DNA of 47,959 nt, counting the filler, from Trypethelium eluteriae (Eukaryota), in the NCBI GenBank assembly GCA_051942245.1. It is 2 parts of 2 records of this genome, joined end to end, with 100 filler letters (N's around TTAATTAATTAA, not from the genome) between each part and the next. Parts side by side here need not be neighbours in the genome. Positions count along the whole stretch, not along the records: positions 24,067 to 47,959 come from JAVECL010000411.1; 1 more part is not named here. One strand, given 5' to 3'. The notes beneath the pieces are model-generated. The model made no database searches. It was not told the DNA's origin and saw only the letters and a list, made by a program, of their open reading frames with translations. Made by a program: the position numbers and the translations under genes. Positions 36,040-47,959 of this stretch are shown in pieces (position 1 is the stretch's first letter; each line of letters opens with the position of its first letter).

Positions 36040-36760
36040 GAGCACAAAAGCTTTTACCAAACCATGCCGCGTAAACCGCTGGTCTCAAGCGTACTGGCGC
36101 ACTGACTGGGATCTGGTATTCATGCTTTCACATGGAAACTCATACCGGCCGCAGGTTCGTGAACCTTCACATCTGAATTGAGTTTCAAAAAGTACTCTCA
36201 GCGGGCGTTAAGGTAGAGTATGAACCGTCATTTTATGCACCTGTAGTGTAGGTACGGGGTACTTGTCGACAACTTACCTGGCACCCTGGCATTTTATGCT
36301 GTCCCTCGTTTCTGGAAGGACGAAACCATACGCCATGGTAATTGACATTGCACAAACCCGGCGACTCTGTGCCCAATTCCCATAGTCCTGCTCTTGACCT
36401 TCACCGCCTCTATTTCTCCAAGGTTTGAGGATCTGGCCGCGTTGAAGTCGAATTTGTATTGCCGACAGATTCACCGGATCTAAGCTAAGTATATTTTGGG
36501 CCTTGAAAGCGTGAGTTTCTTTCTCGTATTATCTAGACTGTCGTATGATCAGTTACGTACCTAGAAGAGACGAGCCCACATTGGCGAATTCCCACCAAAC
36601 CTTCTCTGGTTCTGTGTCTGCCGAGCGTTATTTAATCCCAATCGCAAAATTAAGGTACGGGACTAGTGTAAGATGGCGGCCATGGCCGCGTGCATACTGG
36701 GATTTGCCAGATCCTCTCGGCTCGACTGCCGACGCCGATGGCCCCAGTTTTGTGGCCAAA
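36040..36760 (-). pseudogene. Possible decayed NB-ARC (NLR-like) gene
   Basis: AVEPRGSGKSQYAR (P-loop-like, 36729-36688), frame-shifted LII/YDSLDN (Walker B-like, about 36552-36528), EIEAVKV and FTRHGLVKAF (MHxLV-like, about 36076-36047), in the expected order but compressed. Confidence 0.3.
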
Positions 36761-38493
36761 CCATTTTTTGGATCTTTGCTTCTGAGGTAAACCACATCTG
36801 CCAACTCTATCTATCGTAAAGTTTGGAGGCAGGAGGACCTTGCGCAGCACCGAAAATTGCTTCATGACGATCTTTCACCGCTTTTTGTCCTGCCAAGCCA
36901 TTGCATTGCACATGGTTAGCCTACAGTGGACGATGATTTTGGAAATGACAGGATTTCCTAGGACTAGCTCCAAATTCAGGATCGCTTCCGCCTTCCGATA
37001 GGACGCTCAACTTTTTAATTGCCCACTAAGCGAGTGGGAATGGTGGAAATTCAACGGCTCGGTGGCTCTTCTGGGTGGAACGGTCACGCGGTATCTCTTT
37101 AGGGTCGGCTACATACCTACCAGGGCACAAGCCGCACAACGTGTTTGGAGACTTGTCGTCTCACGATGACCCAGGTCGACCAGAGGAAGTGTCGGAAGGC
37201 TATCTCCTAGCCCTTAGTGGCTCCCCAGTATCGCGGCTCTCTTCACACGGTTGTCTGTGGTGCGTGGGTGTGTGGTTCGTTTGCAACGGCTAGGCAGTTG
37301 ACAGTTGCACTTGGAAGCTTAGGGCTTTGGCGGCTTCTACGGCTTCTACGCTGGCCTTAGCGTTCCCGACGCCCCGGCTGAGGTCGAGCTCCTCCTCAGC
37401 ACGGTGCCAGGTCCCCAGTCTGCGAGCTAGCGTGCCACGCGTTGGCCTTCCTCCCAGGGTGCTAGGTACTCCATACTTGGGCTGAGATGCTGTCCGCGCT
37501 CGCGTAGGGAGTACAATGACATGCTTTGAGTCGAAGGGCCCGTGCGGGTGACACTACGCCGGGCCGACAGCCTACTTCATACGCTCGCTCACCACTTGGC
37601 TGCCCTCTCATGCTTCATCACGCCCCGCCTAGAAAATGCTGGCACACCTTCCACGGCTGCTCCCTCTCTTGGCCCGGCATTCGTGGTGCTGACCGTCAGG
37701 GGGTCCTTGGTGCATCGCCGGCTGACTCCGGTCCCATCATGGCATTCGCGCTCAATCTTTCCGCTGCGTCACTGCTGCGTCCTTTTCTTGGTGCCCAAAG
37801 CTAGACGTTTGCGCTTGAAATCATGACCGCTCGACGATCAGGGGCGCCCAAATGACCCTGCCGTGAACCTTTTCTGACCTAGCCTTCTGCCTTATTGCCA
37901 CCGCCCTCCGGGAATTGGTGAACGTATTTCCTCGGTCGCCCATGTCAGAAACGCAGCCCGCCCCATGGCCCGTCGTGCCCGTCAATGCAAATGCCAGAGC
38001 ACCAGAGCACAGCGGAGCTCAGCACCGCAGGATCTTCGACCTATGTTCAGTGCAACGTGGGTTGCCGGCACCAGGGCCTGGCGCTGGGATCCTGCTGTCA
38101 GGATGGCTACCCCGTTTAGTTCGTTTGATCTTCGCTTATCGATCATTTGCCCTACGGAACTTTTTGTGATGGCTCATAATTGCTGTGTGAGTTCCAGGAT
38201 GTTCACCGACTGGAAACTCTAAACTGGGCCTCGTCCTCTCCTTATCCACTCTCTTTGATTACTTTCTCATCGGGCGTTCTCCTTCCCTTATCTGGTGTTC
38301 ATCTTCTCTCTTGGGAAATCAATCCCGATCTCTCCTTCTCAATATCTGCTTTACCATTTCTTCTCAGCCTCAACTTTCACCAGCGTCGATGAATAGGAAG
38401 CTTGCTACTCAGTCCTTCAATCTGCAGAAATAGCATTGCAGGCAAATCGAACGGAAAAATCAAAATCGCAGTACGGTCCTGGTCATGTCCAAA

Positions 38494-40483
38494 ATGGCTG
38501 ACTCCCCGCACAATCGCCCACAGCTGCGCAAGGCTCAAGAGATTGCTCCATTTCCCTCCAGACAGCTCTTGATACTTGGTAAGTACTGTTGAGCCTGGAA
38601 GCAGACTGCACACTAAGGTTCTTTGCTCTTGCTGACTATATTTAAGCTTTGTGTCGAATATGTGAACCAATCGCATTTATGTCAATCTTTCCCTACATCT
38701 ATTACATGGTTGCCTCCTTCCAGATAACGAGCGACGATAAACAAATTGCCTTTTACGCGGGCATGGTGACTTCAGCATTTGCGCTCGCAGAGTTCTCCTC
38801 GGGTGTTTTGTGGGGTCGATTGAGTGATATGATAGGGCGAAAACCTGTTCTCTTATGTGGGTTGGCTGGTACAGGCATCAGCATGGTTGCCTTTGGATTT
38901 GCTCCAAGTTTGCCAGTTGCACTGGTGGCAAGAGCATTGGGAGGACTTTTGAACGGGTATTGAAACAATTCACCCCGATTTTGATGCACGAGTTCCAGCG
39001 GGGCTGATAAACGACCAGAAACATTGGTGTCCTGCAGACAACCGTGGCAGAGGTTGTGACTGTAGAGGCTCACCAGCGTAAGCAATGTCCTGAAGAAGAT
39101 ATCAACCATTTTGAAAGCTAACCTGACATAGCCCGAGCTTACTCCATTATGCCTTTCGTTTGGTGCTTAGGGTACGTCTTGGTCAGTGAAGGTATTTACG
39201 AAATTAGTATGCCAACAATTTTGCAGATCCATCATAGGTTCGGGACTTGGCGGTACGCTTGCAGACCCGGTCAAGAATTACCCTTCCACCTTTCAACCGG
39301 GGAGCATTTTTGAGAGATTCCCCTATCTTTTTCCTAATCTTGTGTGTGCCGTCGTAGTCATTATAAGTCTTGCGATCGGGATCTTATTCCTTGAGGAAAC
39401 CCATGAGGATAAAAAGCAACGCAAGGACTTCGGTCTAGACTGCGGCCGCTGGATATTGGCCCGATTCCGAAGTCGCCCGGAGCCCATCCCGATGCGCAAA
39501 CAAGGGTACATTGAGGAAACTCTGTCGCTACTTGTGGAAGACGATGACTCACCGGGCTATCAAGCTGCCAAAGCATCGGCTGGCATCACTTGTTCTGAAC
39601 CATTTCATGCAGAGCCGCAACAGCCAGTTCTTGATGATTGTGGCCTGCGGACGCCCACGGATACTGCCGTTTGTGCAGCATTTACCCCTCAGATCATTTT
39701 TAATATTCTGAGTTTGGGCATATTAGCTTAGTAAGGCCCTCGTTGGTGCAGATTCCTCATTACGTTTGCTGAACCTGTCATAGCCATACAATCTGTGCGG
39801 ACCAACTCTTGCCAGTCTTGTTGGCAATGGAGAGATCCGCTGATACGCCTTCCCTTCCCTTCAGATTCTCAGGAGGATTTGATTTGCCGGCAAAATCGAT
39901 AGGGTTCCTTCTATCTGTGCAAGGCATTTTCCAGATGACTGTACAAATCTTCCTTTTTCCTATTGTCAACAAAAAGCTCGGCAGTCTACGCACCTTCCGA
40001 ATGGTTGCCATTGGTTATCCATTTCTTTACTTTATCATTCCCTACCTTGTCGTCCTACCTGACAATATGCGGATGATATGCATATATCCTGTGCTGCTTT
40101 TGAAGGTCACTGCACAAGCTTTGTCCTATCCATCAAACGCAATTATGTTGACGAATTCAGCGCCTTCGAAAAAAGTATTGGGAACTCTGAACGGAGTATC
40201 TGCCTCAGCTGCGAGCCTAGCCAGGGCATTAGGTCCAACTTTTTCGGGGCTCATTCAAGCGGCAGGACTTGGACTTGGCTTAGTGGGATTGCCTTGGTGG
40301 ACTACCAGCTTTACCGCGATCATTGGGACGATCCTGTCCTTTGCGATGGCTGAAGTCCGTAGCCAACAAGTCGAAAATCTGCCAGTGGATGCGCTCGCTA
40401 CTCGTGAAACGCCGAAGGATGAGAAGAGGATGAAGAAGTCTCTAAGTTCCATCTCCTTTCGGAAAGAGAAGGAATCGTCCTAG
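38494..40483 (+). CDS. Major facilitator superfamily transporter (YCR023C/ZIFL-like); introns 38579-38646, 38957-39018, 39078-39131, 39172-39226, 39731-39783
   Basis: WGRLSDMIGRKPVLL (motif A), LARALGP, GLLNGNIGV, FLEETH; five GT-AG introns give a continuous frame. Confidence 0.92.
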
Positions 40484-41034
40484 TGAGCTGGCGCTTACGT
40501 TTTTGTGTGATGCGGAAACGATCGCATTCTGCACCTTCTTTAGGCGTTCGATGGGGATAGACTGTTTCGGAATCTCTACTACTCTCTTCGCTACGAGTAT
40601 GGTATTAGAACGGCAGCTGCATTGGGCATTAGACGCTTTTGATTGCATTGGGAAGGCGTTCTTAAGGGTTCTTTAGCTTCGGCCTGCCGCCTTTTGGCAG
40701 CTCTGATATACCCTAGATTGGCAAGCGGCTAGAAAAAAATCACAGTATGATGACGCAGGTAGCTCTGGATTGCTTAGTTAGATATTATTGTGGTAATGGT
40801 AGCAGCAGGAGTTACTTCTAGTCAATGCTCTACCTACATAGTGTCACTCGTTATCAGTCAGATAACGCTTAAGTTTGCAAGGTTGCTTGCTTTTTGCCCT
40901 GCTTCGAAGCCACACGCTCACCGCACTCCGATGGATTCCGATTTTGCCTAGAAATCTTTCTTCAAAAGCTCTCGGCCAAGGAAGATATTTTGTTGGTGAC
41001 CATTTTAGTGTGTCTTGAAGATGACCCGCTAGCG

Positions 41035-44000
41035 ATGAGCGGAGCGAAGCCAGCAGAAGGAAATGCCCGTCTTGCTGGGGGCAAACGCTCACATCAACAG
41101 GCCAACAATGGTGACGAAACCTTCTTGGAAGATATACGCAGGGGCTCCATGTCAGGCCCTCCTGCCGCCGTAAAATCATCGTCGTTTCGGAACGGTATGC
41201 AACTTTTACGCTTGAAATGGGTCAACTTTGCGCTGATCGCGCCGCCTTCGCACAGTTTCGGCTTGTAACCGGTGCCGACAACGCAAGAATCGCTGCGACT
41301 TTGCGCTTCCTGCCTGCGGATCATGTGCTAAGGCCGGTGCCAGATGTGTTGGTTTTGACGGGAAAAGAGAGGTTCCTCGAAGGTAGCGTCCAAGCTCTTG
41401 AGAACTGCCCGGTTGCCCCTCTCCTCCGCTACCATATCTCACTTATCTGAGCTTCACTAAACTGCCTCAAGTTACGTATACTACCTCGAGCAACGTGTCG
41501 CAACTCTTGAATCGCTTCTCGAAGAACACCGCATTCACTTTCCACCCGCCGACGATGTTACTCTTCAGGGTCATGGCAAGAGAGGATCGAATGCCAGGGC
41601 GGGACAGGATGACGCCGCTGTACAAAAGAAGACGCCATCAGAAAATGATGATGCGAATGATCAAACATCAGAAGAAGATGATACAGAGAAATGGGTAGAC
41701 AAGGTGGGAATGGTGCCTACTCAAGGGACATCAGATCCGCGGTATCTTGGCTCAGCCGCGGGACTTTCCTTTGCTCGTGTCGTCTTTGCAGCCATTCGCA
41801 GCTCTGTATGGGGACCTTCAGGAAGCTCTCACCACCCGAAAGCCGCCAGTGGACCTACAAAAGCGAGCATGCGGGATTCTTTCTTTGGCCTGCACTCTAA
41901 ATCCACAATCGATAAGGCTCCCTTTCCCGAGAAAGGAGTAGCAATGAGACTTGTAGATCTCTACTTCAATTATGCCAATGCCCAACTACCTATTCTCCAC
42001 CGAGGCGAATTCCTGTCGAGAATGGAAGAAGTATACAATGAAGAAGAAGGCATGCGGGGTGCTCGTGACCTTTTCATGCTTAACATTGTTTTTGCAATAG
42101 GAGCTGGAGTCGTTCTTGGTGACGCTGGCTCCTATGGAGCGATGTCTCCTGAGTTTCCTGACTCCAGCTCTGAGACAGGCTCTCCACCTTTATCTAAAAA
42201 GCGAAAGCTACCGGGCCAACAAGCCAGACCTGAGGAATATCACGCATCGGCAGTCTTCCACCTCGAGAGTTTCCTGGGATCTAAAGCTGCGAACGACTCT
42301 CGCGATGGCTTTGACAGTGGACTAGAAGAACTGCAAGCCGTGCTTCTTGTAGCCAGTTTTGCTTTGCTTCGACCGGTAGCGCCTGGACTATGGTATATCG
42401 TAGGTACTGCTGTCCGCTTAGCAATCGACCTGGGCCTTCATCACGAGGAAGGCATTGGTATCGATGAAAGTAGCGCTGCGGATCATCCGGCAGAGACATT
42501 GAAAACAACAGATGCACGAGCAGTCCTGGATCAGCACGGCGATACGCATTCGATTAGGTAAGCCTTAGATCTTTCTGTACAACGAACGATTCTAGCATGC
42601 GCTTCTGTACCCTGCACTGTACTTCTCGTAGCATCTTTTCCTATGTAATCGCGTCTTGCCTTCTATCCTAGCGGACGGACAGTCATACACTACATATAGG
42701 AAGAACTAGGTGAGCCCGGAACGTTTTAGTTGACTGCTTTTACTAGTTCACACAATCCTTCACATAAGCCAGACGCCAAGGAACTCGGTCGTCGGCAATG
42801 GACGCGTGATCTGCGCAGACGATTGTTCTGGAGTACCTATTCGTTTGACAGGATCGTCTCGGTATGCACAGGACGGCCCTTCGGGATCAGCGACCAAGTC
42901 ATTACGACCGAGTTCTGCTCAGAACTCGATGACTCCTATATCACACCATCCGGAATACTACCCTTTCAGTCTATAAGACCAAGCTACAAATTGGTGGCAT
43001 ATCACTACTTTCGCTTGCGGCTTCTGCAAAGTGAAATCCTTGGGGTTCTTCAATACCGTCAGGCTCGACAGGCACGGCTGCATGGTCTAGCATCAACAAA
43101 TACATTCATGGTTGACGTCCCGTCGCCATATCTTCAAGGCTTTCACTCGTTCAAGGAATGGAGAGAGAACGTCGACTATAGGCTGCTGAAATGGGAGCAA
43201 TCCGCACCTCAAAAAGAGGACACCGGTGTACAATTCACTTCGCTCTTTCTCGAGCTCAATTATTGGCAGGCAATCATTCTGCTTTATCGTCAAAGCTTTT
43301 CTGGTCCATCTGCATCGGTCGGAGGAATGACGCCGGCAGATGATGTCGCACATACCCCCGTGGATGTTATCCATGATGACGACGAGGATCCAGACTTGGT
43401 TTACATGAAAATTGCTGAAGCGGGCCGAAGAGTTGTCAAGATCTACAGACAGCTTCATCGCCAACGCCTTGTGAATTACAGTAAGTGTGGTCTCTATGGA
43501 GAGGACTAGTGTTAATTTGCATCAGCGTACTTGGCCACACATCACCTTTTCATGGCCGGTGAGTAAATTGATCGTCTCTAGTTTACCTCAGAAATCGGTA
43601 AATGACGCTTGCAGGGATTTCATTCCTATTCGCAATCTGGCATTCACAGGTCGTCAGGAATGGCTTGGTATGATAATAAACTGAAGAAGTCTATCAATTT
43701 TGACTAACCATGTCTAGACCCTGGAAGAAATCGACTCAACAGTCCTAGCTGCAAAGTCAGTTCTAGAAGATCTTACGGAGCACTGTCCGCCTGCACAGGC
43801 CTGCCGAGAAGCTTTCGATCGCATGAGTAAAGCCACCATCAGGCTCTGTCTCTCAACTAAAGATACCGGCTTTGTGGGTCAGCCAGAACTCTCCCCGATT
43901 GACATGCATCCTGTGGAACTCAATAGAAAGGCCTCCTACCCGATGTCGGCAGGATCGCAGAGTGCAAGCATGGCTTCAGTACGGTCCGACTCGTGGACAG

Positions 44001-44515
44001 GAGAAGAGCAGTCCTCTAAAATGCCAATGCCCCAGTTCGACATGAATCTCCAGAATCTGCTCTCAGGGGGAAGAGTGTCAGGATCCCGACCTTCGCGAAT
44101 CCAGCCGATCAATCGATCGAGTACGATGGATCTCGACCAGCGATCATCCCAATTTGCGGCTCCCCGCCATCCAGTCGAGATTAAGAAGGACCTAGATGAG
44201 CTCTCCCCCACACAATTTCCACCGCCATCTTATCAACCCCCGTCCGAGGCGCCGGCGCCTCCCGAAGCCCCGCCGCCGACGCAATTTCCCAGTCTCGCAG
44301 CCCCGGAGTCCGGCCAGCTCGACTTTCTGAACTCCTTCAATATGGAGAATGCCGACGAGTGGGACCTTTCCGCTCCGGAAAACCTCGATCTGGGTTTCGG
44401 CATGCAGCTCAACATGTGGGAGGGCGGACATGACTGGAGCGAGGCGGTGAGCTCGGATCTGCTCAATGGGTTCTTCTTCGGAGGGTCAGGCGGCGGGAAT
44501 GCGGGTGGATCGTAA
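41035..44515 (+). CDS. uaY: Zn(II)2Cys6 transcription factor, UaY/Ppr1-like; introns 41195-41255, 41383-41471, 42558-42746, 43481-43525, 43559-43614, 43668-43717
   Basis: SSSFRNVSACNRCRQRKNRCDFALPACGSCAKAGARC zinc cluster, PRSYVYYLE dimerisation segment, SDPRYLGS..G.SFARVV, RLAIDLGLH and RRRLFWSTY middle homology region. Confidence 0.85.
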
Positions 44516-44766
44516 TCTTCCGGGATGGGGGGCCCAAGTTCTTTTGTAAAAATATCCCGACTCACATGTGTCGTTGTTTGACAGTACAGATCCAACAGAG
44601 CAAGGCGTACTAGGGAAGATACATACAATTAACTGGTAGGTCTATGGAAAATTGAACAGCTATCGCCTCAATCATATCCAAAGAACTTCGATGCGCGACC
44701 AGGCTATCCAAAGTCATGCTTTGCATTACTAAATACGTGATATCGCCAAGCCAACCCAAAGAAAGA

Positions 44767-46373
44767 TCAAGCAAGCGCGCCCATCGGATCCCAGCGTGGG
44801 AGCACCTGCGGCTTCTGCTTCAGCACCTTCCGTAGCTCCTCACTTACGCAGCTTGGATCCACCACCACCTGATAGGTAAACTCATCAAACCATGCATCAG
44901 CCATGACAAAGTAGCCCTCGGTGCCCGCAGCCTCGGACCACGAATTCTCCACCCTCCAGCGCACCGGCCTCCCCTCCTCATCCAAATGCACCGCCGTCAA
45001 CACCATCGCATGCGTCATCGCGCTCTCCCCCGTAACCAGCCGCTCCGCCTTGCTCATGCCCAACTTCACATTGAACGCCAGCTCGTACTGGTAGAGCTTT
45101 GGGTCAAGGATGCCTGCCGAGCGGTCGCTCTGCTTGCCGACATCGGAGCCGAAGAAGACGGGGAAGCCGCGGCGCAGCATGGCGATGGCGGCGCGCTTCA
45201 TGCTGGTGACGTCCGTGTTCACGTAGGTGACGGCGGAGCTGCCGTATACGTTCCCCAGGTGGTCGACGGTGAGGAGGCGCGAGTAGGTGTTGCGGGGGTC
45301 GTTGACGAGACTGAAGAGCTCGTGCACGTCGGTGCCGCCGCAGGCGCGGACGGAGTGCGAGGAGGAGAGCTCCTGAGAGAAGGCGAGGGGCGTGGTGGTG
45401 AAGGATTGGTATTTGCCGTCGCGGTCGTAGAAGGTCCATTTGAAGTCGTCGTTGGGGTTCGGGGGTGGGCCGAGCATCAGGGTGAGGATGCCGTGGATTT
45501 CGTGGACCATCTTGGCTTTGATCTTGGAGATGGTCGAGCGGGAGAGTGTGGAGCTCTTGGCCATTTCGCGGAGTCGGAGGGCGTCTTCGCGGAGCTTGGT
45601 CGTGATGATTGAGTCCATTTGGTAGGAGTTCTTCGCGTTGAAGGAATCAGGGTAAAGCGATTGCGGTACCTTGTAGAAGGTCAACTAGGACCAAAAGTGC
45701 AGTCTGGGAAGCAAATATTACCAAGCCATATTTGAGCACAAGAGCCCTAATCATGTCCCATTGACCACCATCGCCTACTGGACTGGACTGGAGCGTTGTT
45801 ACCAATCTGCTATCCTCAGGTTCGTCCACTGTATCCAAAACGCTCTCAAGGAAGTAATTTGCTTTCTCCAGCTTGTCCCAGAAAAACAAATAGGCCTGAC
45901 TTAACTCGAACTCCTTCAACTTATACCTTTTCATAATGGCGATTCGGAAGACATTAGTGGCAGCAAATATCCAGCATCGTCCCGAGCTTCGCTGGTTCGT
46001 GACGGGAGCGCCTTCGTATGGAATTCTGAGGTTGAATACCTGCTGGTCACGAATCGAAGTTGAAGGAGCCTTGAGACAATCATTTGCGGCATTGGACGAG
46101 AGGGTCAACAGCGCCAAACGATTCTGGATCCAGTTAGATAGAGCAGAAAATGAATCGGAGAATACGTGCCTTAGGATCCGAAAGCAACTGCTCCGTCCAG
46201 TCTTTAGTTACGGCGACCGGTACATTCTGAGAGTCCGGGTCGGGTGAGTCGCTACCGCTATCACCCTTCTCATGGAAGACGTGCACGTAATCATCCTGCG
46301 CCTTAGGTGGCTGGGTAGGCCGTACCGGAGTGGAAGAGGGTGGAGGAGCCAGCGTTGATTCCGAAGCACCCAT
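44767..46373 (-). CDS. LAP3: Bleomycin hydrolase / cysteine aminopeptidase (peptidase C1B); introns 46123-46169 (GC-AG) and 45670-45721
   Basis: NQRSSGRCWIFA (catalytic Cys), THAMVLT (His), VENSW (Asn) and the C-terminal WDPMGALA. Confidence 0.95.
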
Positions 46374-46923
46374 GATACTCTAACAGACAGGAAAATATCC
46401 AAATACTTTAAGATGATAGTTTTTTTTGGAGAGAGAGAAGGGATGGGAAAGAGAAGCAGATGTGGGGGAGGCTGGTGGGGTAGAGTCCATAGCTGTTTGG
46501 ATCTTGATAGAGCGGACGCTAGCTATGCCTGAACTGCTTTGAAATGATTGGTCGACTCCATGAAATTGATCCCTAGCTACCTACCTAGGAGAATCTAATT
46601 GTTTGGGGTTCCTTTCTTAGATAGTCGTGTCGTCGTCTCTTCAGTTCGTATTAATGACAGCGTGAATGTGTTATGTTGAATTGTTACCTTGCTGTGCAAG
46701 ACCTAAGCACAAATAGATGGTTAATGCCCAGCAGTGCCAAGCCCAGGTACCTCGGAAAAATCTCGGAGCTCTGTCCTCCGGGCCCCTGCAGCCGCGTCTA
46801 AAGATCAATTCCACTGTCACACGCACTCTTTCACGCGCACCTTGTCTCGACAATCTCCCAACTTGATGTTATCCTTTGTTTACGAACATTCAAGCTGTCG
46901 AGGACAAACTCGTCTCTTCAATA

Positions 46924-47959
46924 ATGGCTCACATCGAGCGCAATCGTTCCGCAAGCCCGCCGCTACAACCTGTCACTAAGAGTGACCGGCGACGGCGACA
47001 GCTGCAGGACAAGCTCGCAGACATAGTCGCCAACTTCTCCAAGGATCGAGACCATCATTACCGGGCTCAGTTGAACGCTTTGCAAGTCGACATGAATCTT
47101 ATTGTCCGTGCCGATGCCTATGTGGACACTCCGATGGACGACGATCCGAACACAATCGCGGAGCTGGTCAAGGACATCACTGGTGGATCCCTTCCACAAA
47201 ATCCAGCTGCCCTACAGGACTTCCTTGCTATGGCGGGGCGGGGCTATCAAGACTTCGTTCAGCAGGTTAATAAAGCTCAAGAGCAGAGAGATGCCGACTT
47301 AACTATGCTATGGGTAAGGAATTACCGGAAGCCACCTTTCTCCCCCCCCGCCACAATTTAAAACATTGATGTCTGGAGTACTTATTGACAAACTCTAGAA
47401 TCGTCGGCAAACCATCGAAGACGAAGCCCACTACACAAGCCACTACAAGAGGTATCTTGCAAGAGAAGAGCAACAACAACTTAAGAACACTATCCGGGAA
47501 CGTCAGATCTCCGTGTTAAGTCAAAGACGGGCAAAGATGCTTCGTGATAAAGAGCAGCTCGATATCGCTGACAGCAACGCCGCATTTTTGCACCCGAATC
47601 AGTTCAGCATTACCAATCCTGCGAGCCCCGGCGGTCCGCAGAATCCAAGAAAAACGAGACACACGAGACACCAGCGGGGAGACCCAGATGAGAACGTCGA
47701 GACCGGCTCTAAACGTAGACGCAGGCTCAATCATGACGACTATGAGAACGGGTCGCCTGCACCAGCAGTGAGAAACATCGATTACGGCATTGGCTCACCG
47801 TTCCGGGATGCTAAATCCAAACTGCTACAGACCCAATTCGAAGCCCCACTCTACTCCATCGAACGCCTCTTCTCCGAGAAGGAGCTCGCAATGGTGACCA
47901 ACGCCGCGCACATCGCCACAAGCCACCACTTCGCCCAACTCCGCATGCAAGACCCGCAC
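46924..47959 (+). CDS. SDS3: Sds3-like subunit of the Rpd3L/Sin3 deacetylase complex, partial; intron 47314-47398
   Basis: KSDRRRRQLQDKL...FSKDRDHHYRAQLNALQVDMNLI and LDIADSNAAFLHPNQFSI segments; frame stays open to the window end. Confidence 0.75.

Noticed and set aside
38494..44515. MFS transporter plus Zn2Cys6 factor as a secondary-metabolite cluster
   Set aside because: No backbone or tailoring enzymes nearby; both look like conserved housekeeping families.
1..47959. tRNA, rRNA, CRISPR arrays or prokaryotic systems
   Set aside because: None recognised by eye; the sequence is intron-containing fungal DNA. A covariance-model scan would be needed to exclude small ncRNAs.

Overview
Gene-dense genomic window from a filamentous ascomycete (Pezizomycotina), judged from short spliceosomal introns with CTRAC branch points and typical fungal gene families. 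I reconstructed 14 protein-coding genes by hand: AIF/AMID-like oxidoreductase, delta-12 fatty-acid desaturase, LtrA-family membrane protein, Na+/H+ antiporter, Puf4/Mpt5-type Pumilio protein (5' part missing), PARP6/8-like ADP-ribosyltransferase fused to a UBE2Q-like E2 (3' end missing), COG7-like protein, UBE2G/Ubc15-like E2, a divergent vWA protein, FTS/AKTIP-like E2 variant, MFS transporter, UaY/Ppr1-like Zn2Cys6 factor, bleomycin hydrolase and Sds3-like protein (partial). The window opens with the end of a Fot1/pogo-type transposon. The apparently empty 2-10 kb interval holds heavily decayed HET, kinase, NB-ARC and NACHT-ankyrin relics, and a further probable NB-ARC relic lies near 36 kb. 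An artificial 100-nt N/TTAATTAATTAA linker at 23967-24066 joins two contigs. The most interesting observations are an 11-kb block with three different E2-fold genes around an ART-E2 fusion and a vWA protein, the graveyard of nonself-recognition genes, and a high share of non-YAG 3' splice sites (9 of 33 inferred introns) plus one GC-AG intron. All family calls come from motif recognition by eye; no searches were run.
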